Assembly: GCA_963758635.1 (NCBI GenBank)
Contig: CAVWWD010000003.1
Span: forward strand, 576,001 to 640,000
Length of the DNA stretch: 64,000 bases
Source of the DNA: an uncultured Candidatus Rokubacteria bacterium
GTDB taxonomy: Bacteria; Methylomirabilota; Methylomirabilia; Rokubacteriales; CSP1-6
Direction: 5' to 3'
Shown here: positions 9,826 to 19,691 of the stretch, one piece after another
Layout: each line of letters begins with the position of its first letter
Numbering within the stretch: the stretch's first letter is position 1
Made by a program: the position numbers and the translations under genes
The notes under the pieces: generated by a model
Databases searched by the model: none
What the model was told of the DNA's origin: nothing
The model's input: the letters and a program-made list of their open reading frames with translations, nothing else

Positions 9826-9959
9826 GGGCGATGGCGCCAGACGTGCGCGAATGCGGCTGCCGAGCCGCCCGAACGGCAGCTCGTCGAAGAGCTCACGGAT
9901 CAGCTCCTCGTCGGTTCGCAACCGGCCGTCCGGTCGGCCAGGTGAACAGCCTCCTGCTC
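9826..9959 (-). repeat. Degenerate, internally deleted copy of the 3' end of the helicase gene
   Basis: 9826-9932 is near-identical to 5728-5835; 9929-9956 matches 6005-6032; 9951-9959 matches 6057-6065. Confidence 0.85.
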
Positions 9960-9973
9960 GACGCGCAAAACAC

Positions 9974-10414
9974 CTATGTCATCCGCACATTCCAAAAAAC
10001 CGGCGCGGTGAACTGGAGGATGCCCTGAACGTTCTTCCGGAAGGCCGTCGGAGGAACGACTCTCCCCACGGCACATACGCCACCTCGTCGAGGGCAATTT
10101 TCTGGATCTCAGCGGCGAGCTGCCTTTGTCTACTTGATCGGTCGCCCGCGCCCAGTCGAGGGTGAGCTTCTCGAGCTGCGGAACGCTGGGCCAGCCGAAC
10201 CAGGCGTTCTCCCCGGCGCCAGACAAAGCGAAGTGGACGGCGGGATTCATCACGTCTGGTGCGGACGGGATCCACGACCGTCAAGTCGGCCTGCGCCACG
10301 AACCGGAGGTCCCGACGGCTCTTTTGTGCATGAACCGTTGGCGAGCCAAGGGCCAACGGCCGCGCCGGTTGCAGCGGCACCTCCGAGGATCTGTCGCCGG
10401 CTGAGATGGTTCAT
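9974..10414 (-). pseudogene. Family 5 (peptide/nickel) ABC substrate-binding protein remnant with a large internal deletion
   Basis: Tat-like signal MNHLSRRQIL..., LRFVAQADLTVVDPV joined directly to C-terminal NPAVH...WFGWP...IQKIALDEV...PVFWNV; about 145 codons versus about 500 normal; frameshifts. Confidence 0.8.
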
Positions 10415-10686
10415 GGTGTGCGCTCCATCGCGGCGGCTCAAATCGCCTCGCTGTGCGACGAACTCGATGCGACGGAAACCGGGGGCCCCCTTTCGGAGCG
10501 CCCGAGAACATAGCACGCGACGATCACCGGGGTAAACCGGGCCGCGGGTGTCTCTGATGGAGACACGCGGCTTGACGCGGACCTCGTGAAGGCTCTCACG
10601 TCGACCACCCCGCGGAAGATGCGATACTCGCTCGGGTCGCCCGCGGGGCAGGCCTCACGCCCAAGACCGGCCAGGAGGCCCCGAGC

Positions 10687-12573
10687 TTGACGAGGTTACT
10701 CGAAGCGTCCCGTCGCGGTGGGGTCGTCCCGGCGCTCCTCCTGGGCGTCGTGGTCAGCCTCGCCACGATCGGCCTGTCGAGCATCGGTGTGTTCGAGGGG
10801 TGGCAGACCCGCGCGGTTGACGCCTTCCAGTTCCTCCGGGACCGCGAGCCTCCGTCCGAGATCGCGCTCGTCCACATCGACGAGGACACCTTCCGCGAGC
10901 TGGGAGAGCGACAGCCGCTGTCGCGCCGATTCCTGACCGAGCTGGCGGACTTCCTCCTGCGGAGCGGGGCGCGGGTGGTGGCGCTGGACATCCTGCTCCA
11001 GGCGCCGACCTCGCCGGAGGAGGACGAGGCCTTCGTGGCGATGGCCAGGCGGTGGCCCGGGCGGCTCGTGCTGGCTCAGGAGGCCGTTCCGGGAGCGGAT
11101 GGGAAGTTCGAGGCCAAGCCGCACTTCTCGCCGGAACTGAACGGGCCCTCCGGCTTCGTCAACGCGCCGGTGGAGAAGGACGGGCTGGTTCGCCGGTTCG
11201 ACCCCGTGCTGCCCGCGGCCAACGGCGGCTTCCTCCCCTCGCTGGCCCTGGCCGCCGTGGCGGCGCATGGTGGGCTCGCCCCGGCCGACCTGGCGCGCGC
11301 TCTCATCGCGGGCGGCAGCGTGCTCTTGCCCGCCGCCGGCTCGGGCGGCGAGCGGCGGGCGCCCGAGGCCGTGAGTGTGCACACCCTGGCCGGAGACCGC
11401 TGGCGCATCGGCTACGCTGGCCCGCCGGGCACGCTCACCGCCTTCCCCGCCGGGCCGCTCGTCATGCTCGCCCGGTCGGGGCAGGAGGTGAGCATCGACA
11501 ACCCCTTCCGGGACCGGATCGTCTTCGTGGGAGGAACGTTCGCGGCGAGCCGCGACTTCTATCCCACGCCCACCGGGTTCATGGCCGGCGTGGAGATCCA
11601 GGGGAACGCGGCGCACACGCTGCTGGCCCGGCGGATCATGCGACCGCCGCCCGCGTGGCTGAACCTGGCCGTGCTCGTGGGGGCGTGCCTCGTGGTGGCG
11701 CTGGCGCCGCTCTGGCTCCGGCCGCTCTGGGCCACGCTCGTCAGCCTGGCGCTGGTGGCGGGCATCGTGGCCGTGAGCTTCGAGGCCTACCGGCGGGGCG
11801 GGTACTGGCTGGACTTCGTGGCGCCGGTGGCGGCGATGCTGGTCTACCAGCAGGCGGCGCGCGTGGTGGCGCGGCGGCGCCTGCGCGCGGCGTTCGGGCA
11901 GTACGTGAGCCCGGAGGTGATGGGCCGGGTGCTGCGCGAGGGCTCCGCGCTCGGCGGCGAGATGCGCGAGGTGACGGTGCTGGTCTCGGACCTCCGCGGG
12001 TTCACCACGCTCTGCGAGCGCCTCGCGCCCGCGCAGGTGACCGAGGCCATGAACGAGTACCTGACGGCCATGGTGGACCGCATCCTCAACCGGCGCGGCA
12101 TGGTGAGCGACTTCATCGGCGACGGGATCATGGCGTTCTTCGGCGCGCCGCTCGACGACCCCGACCACGCGTGGCACGCTGTGCAGGCGGCCGTGGAGAT
12201 GCAGGCCGCGCTGGAGGCGCTGAACGCGCGCTGGGCGACCCAGGGGAAGATGGCCCTCGCGATGGGGATCGCGCTGAACACCGGCGTGGCCTACGCCGGC
12301 ACCATCGGGGCGCCGCGGAAGAAGAAGTTCGCGGTGCTCGGCGACACGGTGAACACGGCGGCACGGATCGAGGGGCTGAACCGGCAGTTCGGCACGCGCA
12401 TCCTGGCCGGCCGGGCCACGGTGGACGCCGTGCGCGGCCGGGCGGAGTTCACGCGGCGGGACGCGGTGCCGCTCAAGGGCAAGGCGGAGCCCGTCGAGAT
12501 CTTCGAGATCACGGGTCTGACGCCGGCGCCGGCGCGGGAAGCGGCCGGGCGACCGGCGGAGGTGAAGGCATGA
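10687..12573 (+). CDS. CHASE2-domain class III nucleotidyl cyclase
   Basis: IALVHIDE..., VALDIL, GVEIQ (CHASE2); 3 TM helices; SDLRGFT, FIGDGIM, GDTVNTAARIE. Confidence 0.92.
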   Translation: MTRLLEASRRGGVVPALLLGVVVSLATIGLSSIGVFEGWQTRAVDAFQFLRDREPPSEIALVHIDEDTFRELGERQPLSRRFLTELADFLLRSGARVVALDILLQAPTSPEEDEAFVAMARRWPGRLVLAQEAVPGADGKFEAKPHFSPELNGPSGFVNAPVEKDGLVRRFDPVLPAANGGFLPSLALAAVAAHGGLAPADLARALIAGGSVLLPAAGSGGERRAPEAVSVHTLAGDRWRIGYAGPPGTLTAFPAGPLVMLARSGQEVSIDNPFRDRIVFVGGTFAASRDFYPTPTGFMAGVEIQGNAAHTLLARRIMRPPPAWLNLAVLVGACLVVALAPLWLRPLWATLVSLALVAGIVAVSFEAYRRGGYWLDFVAPVAAMLVYQQAARVVARRRLRAAFGQYVSPEVMGRVLREGSALGGEMREVTVLVSDLRGFTTLCERLAPAQVTEAMNEYLTAMVDRILNRRGMVSDFIGDGIMAFFGAPLDDPDHAWHAVQAAVEMQAALEALNARWATQGKMALAMGIALNTGVAYAGTIGAPRKKKFAVLGDTVNTAARIEGLNRQFGTRILAGRATVDAVRGRAEFTRRDAVPLKGKAEPVEIFEITGLTPAPAREAAGRPAEVKA

Positions 12574-13560
12574 CACCAGGCATTCGTGCGATGGCGGCCC
12601 TCCTCGGCGTGGCGCTCGGCCTGACGCTCGCCCTGCCGCAGGCCGCCCACGCGCAGGCGGCCGAGACCGTCGGCCTCATCACGGAGATCAAGCCGGGCCG
12701 CGGCCGCGTGGAGGTGAAGCCCGCCGCCGGCGGCGACTGGAAGCCCGCCGGCCCGCTCCTCGCGCTCCGCGCGGGCGACAGCGTCCGCGCCAGCGAGGAC
12801 GCCATCGCCGTGATCGTGCTCAGCGGGGGCCGTGGCGTGGTGCGGGTGGCCGCGGCCTCGCCCGCGGTGCTCGGGCCCGCGGCCGCGCCGGACGGCAAGG
12901 CCGACAAGGCGCGCGCGCTCGTGGAGTCGAGCCTCGGCTTCCTGTCGAAGACGACGAAAGAGGCTCCGAAGGGGCCTGCTGGCCACGCGCGGCGTGGTGC
13001 CGCCTCCCGTGGTGCTGAGCCCGCGCGCCTCGCTGGTGCGCGCCGAGGGGCTCACGTTCGAGTGGGTGGGCACCGCGCGGGGGCGCTACTCGGTGCGCGT
13101 GGTCGGCCCGTCGGGTCCCGTCCTGGAGCAGCCGGAGGTGACGGGCACGCGCCTCGTGTACCCCGAGGGGGCGCCCGCGCTCCAGCCCGGCGCGCGCTAC
13201 GCGGTCGAAGTGAAGTCGGCGGCCGCGCACCCGGTTCAGCGCGCGGAGTTCGAGGTGCTCGACGCCGAGCGCGCCCGGGCCGTGACGCGCGACCTGGCGG
13301 ACATCGACGGCGCGCTCGGCGCCGGCGCATCGCCCACCTCGGTGGCCGTGCTGCGCGCGGGCTACCTCGCCGAGAACCGTCTCTTCCACGAGGCCCGCGA
13401 TGTGCTGCTCCGCGCCATCCGCGCGGACGCCGAGCAGTCGTCGCTGTACGTCCTGCTCGGCAACGTCTACGAGCGCACGGGCCTCGGCGCGCAGGCCGCG
13501 GAGGCCTTCGAGGAAGCGCAGTGGCTGGCCACCAAGGGCGCCGCGCCGGCGCGGCAGTGA
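12570..13560 (+). CDS. Exported protein with FecR-like N-terminus, DUF928-like region and C-terminal TPR (frameshift near 12970)
   Basis: Signal peptide ...AAHAQA; LATRG motif, F.W strand, LQPGARY, YLAENRLFHEA, TPR; ATGA overlap with cyclase stop. Confidence 0.6.
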
Positions 13561-13583
13561 AGCAGACGCCGGGGAGGGAACTC

Positions 13584-16551
13584 ATGATCGGGAAGGCAAC
13601 CGCGGTCCTGCTGGCCGCCGCCGCACTGGCGTGGGCCGGCGCGCCCGCGCGCCCCGCCGAGGCCCAGCCACTCAAGAACGTGGGCGACGAGGTGGTGCTC
13701 GGCAAGAACAAGACGGGCGAGGACTGTCGGCTGCGCTTCGTCGGGAGCCAGAGCGGCTCGGACCGCTTCAGCTTGTTCTGCGAGGGCTGGACCCAGTCGA
13801 GCGGCGACATCCGGCGCTTCCGCGCGGGGCCGCAGTTCACGGCCGAGCGCCTGCTCACGGACAGCAGTCTCCAGAAGGGCTTCGAGACCCGCCTGGCCTG
13901 CGGCGCGGTCGAGCCGAGCACCCTGGCCAGCGGCACCGCCGCGGCGCTCCGCGAGTGCAAGCGACTGGACGGCGGCTGGAAGATGCTCGTCGTGGCCGTC
14001 GTGATCCCGGCACGGGCCGTGGGCTACGGGCTCGAGACGTTCCCGACCAACCTCCCGCTCCTCGAGATGGCGGTGGAGGCGCTCGAGGGCAAGCGCCGTC
14101 TCGACCAGCCGGGCACGCCGCCGCTCTCCGCGGCCATCCGGCGCGCGGAGACCATGGTGGGCGCCACCGGGCGCCTCATCGGCATCCAGGACGTGGGCGC
14201 CTACGTGGCGCTGTACCGTCTGGGCGAGGCGCAGAACTGGCAGGCGCACTACCCCGAGTCCGAGGCGTCGTTCCGCCGCCTCCTCGAGATCGAGGAGCGC
14301 CTGCAGGGAAAGAACACCTCGCAGGCCGGCGTCATCCTCGGCTGGATCGCGCTCAACGTGGGCAACCAGTTCCGCTTCGCCGAGGCCGACCAGATCTACG
14401 CCCGCGCCGAGCCCCTCGTGACGGCCTCGCTCGCCTTCGACGACGCTCCGCGGTTCCTCTCCTTCCGCTCTCTCACCGAGCTCCGGCGCGGCAAGCCGGA
14501 GGCGCAGCTCGCCTACGCCGAGGCCGCCATGCGCGCGTACGAGCAGCGTGGAGCCGAGTCCACCGGCGTCGGCTATGGCGCGCTCAACGTGGCCATGGCC
14601 CAGCACGGCCTCAACCGCCTCCCCGAGGCCGAGGCGAACGCCCGGCGCGCCATCGACATCCTGGAGAAGTGGGGCCCGCGGCCGGACTTCCGTCTCTGGT
14701 GGTCGGGCGAGGCGTACATGCACCTCGGCCGCATCCTGACCGACCAGAAGCGTTACGCGGACGCGCGGAAGGCCTTCAACGCCGCGGTCGAGCGGCGGCG
14801 CCTCCAGATGGGCGACTCCGTGCGCACGGACATGACGCTGCGCGAGCTCGGGCGTCTGGGGCTGGTGGAGGGGAACCTGCCCGCCGCCCTCGACGCCTTC
14901 CGCCAGGCGGCCGCGATCGAGATCCTCGACCGGCCCACGCGCGAGCGGACGCGCGCCGACTACCTGGCGGGCTATCTCGACGCGCTGCTGGCCTCGGCGG
15001 CGGCCACCCCCGCGGAACGCGAGACGCTCCACGCCGAGGCGTTCACCGCCGTGCAGATTCCCCGCGGCGGCGAGACGGCCCGCGCCATCAGCAACATGTC
15101 GGCGCGCCTCGACGCGGCCGACCCCGCCATCCGGGCCGTGGCGCGCGAGTACCAGGAGGCCAGCCCGCGAGCGGGACCGGCTGCGGCAGGCGCTGACCGC
15201 GGAGACGATGCGCGAGCCGGCCGAGCGCAAGCCGGGCGCGGAGGAGGCGCTCAAGCGCGACATCCGGGCCGCCGAGGAGAAGGTCGCGCGCCTCGAGGAG
15301 CGCCTGCAGGCCGAGCTGCCTCGTTATGCCCAGCTCACGGCCGCGCGTCCCGTGCCCGCGGCCGAGATCTCGCGGCTCCTGAAACCGGGCGAGGCGATGA
15401 TCGCGTTCCTGCCCACGCGGGAGGCCACCTACGTCGTGGCCCTCCACGGCGGCCGGGCGCACGCGCACCGCGCGGCGATCCCGCTGGCGGATCTCTCCCG
15501 CGCGGTGCATTCGATCCGCGCCACGCTCGAGCCGGCGGACGGCGGCCAGCTGCGCCCGTTCGACACGGCGACGGCCCAGCGTCTGCACGAGCTCCTGCTC
15601 GCTCCGGCGGCCGGGGCGCTGCAGGGGGCGAAGCAACTGGTCGTGGTGCCCGCCGGTCCGCTCCTGAGCCTGCCGCTGGCGCTGCTCGTGACGAAGCCGA
15701 CCGCGGCCAGCGCCGATCCCGCGCAGGTGCCGTGGCTCGCGCGCGACGTGGCGATCAGCACCGTTCCCGCCGTCTCGTCGCTCCGCGAGCTGAGGCAGGT
15801 GGCGCGCGGATCCGCGGCGCCGCGCCCCTTCATCGGCTTCGGCGATCCCGCCTTCGCGGGGGCGCCGGGCGACACGCGCAGCATGAAGGCGATGGCCGAT
15901 CTCTGCCGCGACGGGACGCCGGTGGACGCGGACATGGTGCGCGGGCTCCCGCGGCTTCGCGAGACGGCGCGGGAGCTCACGCTGATCTCACGCGCGCTCG
16001 GCGGCGACCCGGCCAGCGTGGTGCTGGGCGCCGACGCGAGCGAGGCGAAGGTGCGCGCCACCGACCTCGCCCAGTACCGCGTGGTGGCCTTCGCCACGCA
16101 TGGCCTCTTGCCCGGCGAGCTCAAGTGCAAGGCCGAGCCCGCCCTGGCCTTGACGCCACCCGCGACGGCGAGCGGCGCGGATGACGGACTCCTGGACGCG
16201 GGCGAGGTGGCGCAGCTCAAGCTCGACGCCGACTGGGTCGTCCTCTCCGCGTGCAACACCGCCGGACCCGACGGAAAGCTCGGCGGCGAGAGCCTCTCCG
16301 GCTTGGCCCGCGCGTTCTTCTACGCGGGGGCCCGCGCGCTCCTCGTGTCCCACTGGGCGGTGGCCTCGCAGGCCACCGTGGCGCTCACCACCGCGACCTT
16401 CGACGCGCAGGCCAAGGACGCCACGCTCGGCCGCGCGGAGGCTCTCCGCCGGGCCCAGCTCGCCCTGGCCGGCCAGAAGGACACCGCTCACCCGTTCTAC
16501 TGGGCGGCGTTCACGCTAGTGGGCGACGGAGGGGCGCCCGCGCGGCCCTGA
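13584..16551 (+). CDS. TPR + CHAT (caspase/HetF-like) protease with N-terminal signal peptide (frameshift near 15160)
   Basis: FATHG and LSACNT catalytic dyad motifs, GLARAFFYAGA, VSHW.V, HPFYWAAF.LVG; TPR array; signal peptide. Confidence 0.9.
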
Positions 16552-16621
16552 GCCGGGCGGCCGCAGTCAGGCTGGGCGGACGTCGTCGTCCGTGGCGCCC
16601 GGGCGCATGAACGGGGACCTG

Positions 16622-17626
16622 ATGGAGGTCGGCTTCTTCTTCTGGCCCTACGACGTGCCTCTCGTCCGCGCGATGGCGGAGGCGGCCGACCGCCACCGCT
16701 ACGACCTGGTGGGCGTCGCCGATACCCCGGGGAACGCGATGGACCCATGGGTCGCCGCCACGCTGGTGGCGAGCGTGACGCGCCGGGCGCGGGTGGCGCT
16801 CTGCGTGACCAACCTCGTGACCCGGCATCCAGCGGTGTCGGCCGCGGCCATCGCGTCGGTCGACCTCGTCGCGCCGGGGCGGGCCGTGCTCGGGATCGGC
16901 GTGGGGCACAGCGGCACGCGCAACCTCGGCGCGCCCAGCCTGCCCGCCGGCGAGCTGGCCGAGGGCGTCACGTTCGTCAAGGAGCTCCTGCGCGGGCGCC
17001 CGGCGACCTTTCGGGGCGCCTCCGCGCACCTGCCGTGGGTGGCGCGGCCGAGCCCGGTGTTCCTGGCCGCGTCGCATCCGCGCTCGCTCCGGGCTGCCGG
17101 CGCCGCCGCCGACGGCGTCTTCGTCAACTACGGCCTCGGCGCGGAGAACGTCGCCGAGTCGCAGGGGATCGTGGCGGATGCGGCACGCGTCGCCGGGCGG
17201 GCGCCCGGCAACGTCGAGACGTGGCAGATCGCGTGCCTCGACTGCCACGACGACGGGGACGTGGCGCGAAGCAAGGTCGGCGCGATTCTCGCCTTCGTCT
17301 CCGCCTACGTGATGGGGGCGGGCGATCTGGCGCGCCGGGGCGTCCCCGCGGAGCATCGCGAGCCCCTGCGCGAGCTGCGCCGGCGCTACAGCACCCGACC
17401 CGGTGAGGCGGACGCGGCCCTGGTCAGGGAGCTCGGCCTCTTCGACTACCTGTCGCGCCGGCTCGCCGTCTGCGGCACGCCCGACGAGTGCCTCGCGCAG
17501 GTCCGCGCGGCACGAGCGGCCGGCGCGGAGCGGCTGATGTTCACCGTGAGCCTGGCCGCCGATCCCGTGCGCGCGGTGACGCTGTTCGGCGAGCGCGTCC
17601 TTCCCGCCATCCGCGCCGGCGTCTGA
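16622..17626 (+). CDS. LLM-class flavin/F420-dependent oxidoreductase
   Basis: DPWVAA, VTNLVTRHPAVSA, GRAVLGIGVG, A...ADGV motifs. Confidence 0.88.
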   Translation: MEVGFFFWPYDVPLVRAMAEAADRHRYDLVGVADTPGNAMDPWVAATLVASVTRRARVALCVTNLVTRHPAVSAAAIASVDLVAPGRAVLGIGVGHSGTRNLGAPSLPAGELAEGVTFVKELLRGRPATFRGASAHLPWVARPSPVFLAASHPRSLRAAGAAADGVFVNYGLGAENVAESQGIVADAARVAGRAPGNVETWQIACLDCHDDGDVARSKVGAILAFVSAYVMGAGDLARRGVPAEHREPLRELRRRYSTRPGEADAALVRELGLFDYLSRRLAVCGTPDECLAQVRAARAAGAERLMFTVSLAADPVRAVTLFGERVLPAIRAGV

Positions 17627-17701
17627 CCGGCGTCGGGCGGTGTTGTGGAGGATCGCGCGCGTGCGGGACAATGCGTGCGCTCGGTACGGAGGCCGAGGAT
17701 C

Positions 17702-18381
17702 ATGACGGATGCCGGCAATCTGCTTCCCTGCATCGAGATCGAGACGCGTCCTTCGCCCGACGCGAGCGTCGTCTGGCTCCACGGGCTGGGCGCCGACGGG
17801 CACGACTTCGAGCCGATCGTGCCCGAGCTCGGGTTGCCGCGGTCGCTCGGCGTGCGCTTCGTGTTCCCGCACGCGCCCATGCGGCCGGTGACGGTGAACG
17901 CGGGCATGGTGATGCGCGCCTGGTACGACATCCGGATCGAGGGGAACCGGCGGGAGCCGGACATGGGCGGGATGCGCGAGTCCGCCCGGGCCGTCACGGC
18001 CCTCATCCGGCGCGAGCGCGAGCGGGGCGTGACCGCCGAGCGCATCGTGCTGGCCGGCTTCTCTCAGGGCGGCGCGCTGACGCTCTACACGGGGCCTCGC
18101 CATGACGAGCGCCTGGCCGGCCTGATCGCGCTCTCGTGCTCGCTCCCCGCCGCGGACGCGCTCGCCGCGGAGGCGGCGGCGGCCGGGCGCGGCATGAAGG
18201 TGTTCGTCGGCCACGGGAGCGACGACGACCTGGTCCCCGCGGAGCGTGGCCGGCACGCCTCGGAGACCCTCGCGAAGCTGGGCTACGCGGTCACCTGGCG
18301 GGAGTATCCGATCCCGCACTCGGTGAGCGCGCAGGAGATCGCGGAACGTTCTCGGCGTTCCTGCAGGAGTTGCTCAAGTAG
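17702..18381 (+). CDS. Carboxylesterase/phospholipase (alpha/beta hydrolase), frameshift near 18345
   Basis: WLHGLGADG, RAWYDI, GFSQGG nucleophile elbow, HG..DDLV, HSV. Confidence 0.9.
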
Positions 18382-18420
18382 GCGGGGGAGGATGATGTGC
18401 TGCGGGTGCTGGGGCTACCG

Positions 18421-18462
18421 CCCCTCACCCTGCCCTCTCCCCCGAGGGGGAGAGGGTGAGGC
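18421..18462. repeat. REP-like palindrome between convergent genes
   Basis: CCCCTCACCCTGCCCTCTCCCCC-GA-GGGGGAGAGGGTGAGG inverted repeat. Confidence 0.7.
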
Positions 18463-18476
18463 GAGGAGCCCGTCGA

Positions 18477-19415
18477 TCAGCGTCCGGCGGTGGCGGGGAC
18501 GCTCTTGCTCCGGTAGATGGCGCTGCGCCACTCGGCGTGGCTCTTGTCGATGCCGCGCACCAGGTCCAGATACGCCTTGGACAGGCGCTGCGTGAGCGGG
18601 CCCGGACGACCGTCGCCGAGCTGGAACCGGTCGATGGAGACGATCGGCGTGATCTCGTAGCCGCTGCCGCAGAAGAACGCCTCTTCGGCCACGTAGATCT
18701 CGGTGCGGTCGATCTCCCGCTCCACCACGCGCTGGCCGAGCGCCCGCGGCACCAGGTCCTCGATGAGCGTGCTGCGCGTGATCGACTCCAGGATGTCCGC
18801 GGACAGCGGCGGCGTCGTCACCTGGCCCTTCCGCACCATGAAGAACGTGGCCCCGCTGCCCTCGGCCACGTGCCCCTGGTTGTTCAGGAAGATCGGGCCG
18901 TCGTACCCGTCGGCCTTCGCCTGGAGGGTGGCGAGCCGGCCGTTCTGGTAGTTCGAGCCGCTCTTGAGCCGGATGGGGATGGCGTTGTCCGACGTGCGCA
19001 CCCACGAGCTGACGCAGCAGCGGATGCCCGCGTCGTTGACGCGCGCGCGCCGGCGCGGGTTGATGTAGAGCCCGGTCGGCTCGGTGGCGTCCAGCCCCAC
19101 GCCGGCCACGTACGCGACCAGGTGCATGTGGATGTCCTCGCGGAACTGGTTGCCGGAGAGGAGCTCGCGCACCGCGGCGTGGAGATCGTCGTCGGTGTAG
19201 GGGACGGTGAACCGCATCATCTTCATGGACTCGCGGATGCGGGCGAAGTGCTCGGCCAGCCGGAAGCAGTACAGCTCCTCGTCGGCGGGGTTCCAGTACG
19301 CCCGGATGCCCTCGAACACGTTCGTGGCGTAGAAGACCGCCGCGCTGTTCACGGGCAGCTTCGCTTCGGGCTCGGGGACGAGGCTGCCGTTCATCCAGAT
19401 CTTGACCGTGCTCAT
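18477..19415 (-). CDS. ilvE: Branched-chain amino acid aminotransferase (class IV PLP)
   Basis: YATNVFEGIRAY, FRL..H..R, K..SNY, AEGSG, ILESITR. Confidence 0.85.
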   Translation of the reverse strand: MSTVKIWMNGSLVPEPEAKLPVNSAAVFYATNVFEGIRAYWNPADEELYCFRLAEHFARIRESMKMMRFTVPYTDDDLHAAVRELLSGNQFREDIHMHLVAYVAGVGLDATEPTGLYINPRRRARVNDAGIRCCVSSWVRTSDNAIPIRLKSGSNYQNGRLATLQAKADGYDGPIFLNNQGHVAEGSGATFFMVRKGQVTTPPLSADILESITRSTLIEDLVPRALGQRVVEREIDRTEIYVAEEAFFCGSGYEITPIVSIDRFQLGDGRPGPLTQRLSKAYLDLVRGIDKSHAEWRSAIYRSKSVPATAGR

Positions 19416-19562
19416 CGTTCCTCCTTGGGCGCGGCCCGTCCGGGCGCGCGCGGGGTTCCGTCGACCGACCGCCCTACGTTACGGCTGGTCGGACCACGTT
19501 GTCAAAAGCGCTCTTGGGCGTGTTTCGGCCCATCTGGCATCTCGCGCGTTGGTACATACAGC

Positions 19563-19690
19563 ATGAGCGAGCGGCAACGAAAGGGTAAGTTCCGGCTGCG
19601 AAAGGCGTCGTTCAAGGGAACCGGCCTGCATCCTGACGTTGCCGTGCCTCCTGGGAGCAGATCCGGCCAGGATCTACAAGCGCGTGCCAC
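19563..19690 (+). pseudogene. Remnant of a type II TA antitoxin C-terminus (DUF2191/VapB-like)
   Basis: FRLRKASFKGTGLHPDVA..(fs)..SWEQIR..IY pattern; no N-terminus and no toxin. Confidence 0.45.
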
Positions 19691-19691
19691 G

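Noticed and set aside
11052..16184. 1710-aa ORF as one giant protein, and other long overlapping or antisense ORFs (e.g. 3710-6286, 31622-34033, 57502-59286)
   Set aside because: Shadow frames of GC-rich genes; the 1710-aa ORF threads parts of two real genes joined by frameshifts
13584..16551. CRISPR-associated or antiphage caspase (Craspase-like)
   Set aside because: Signal peptide and CHASE2 context; no cas, gasdermin or similar effector gene
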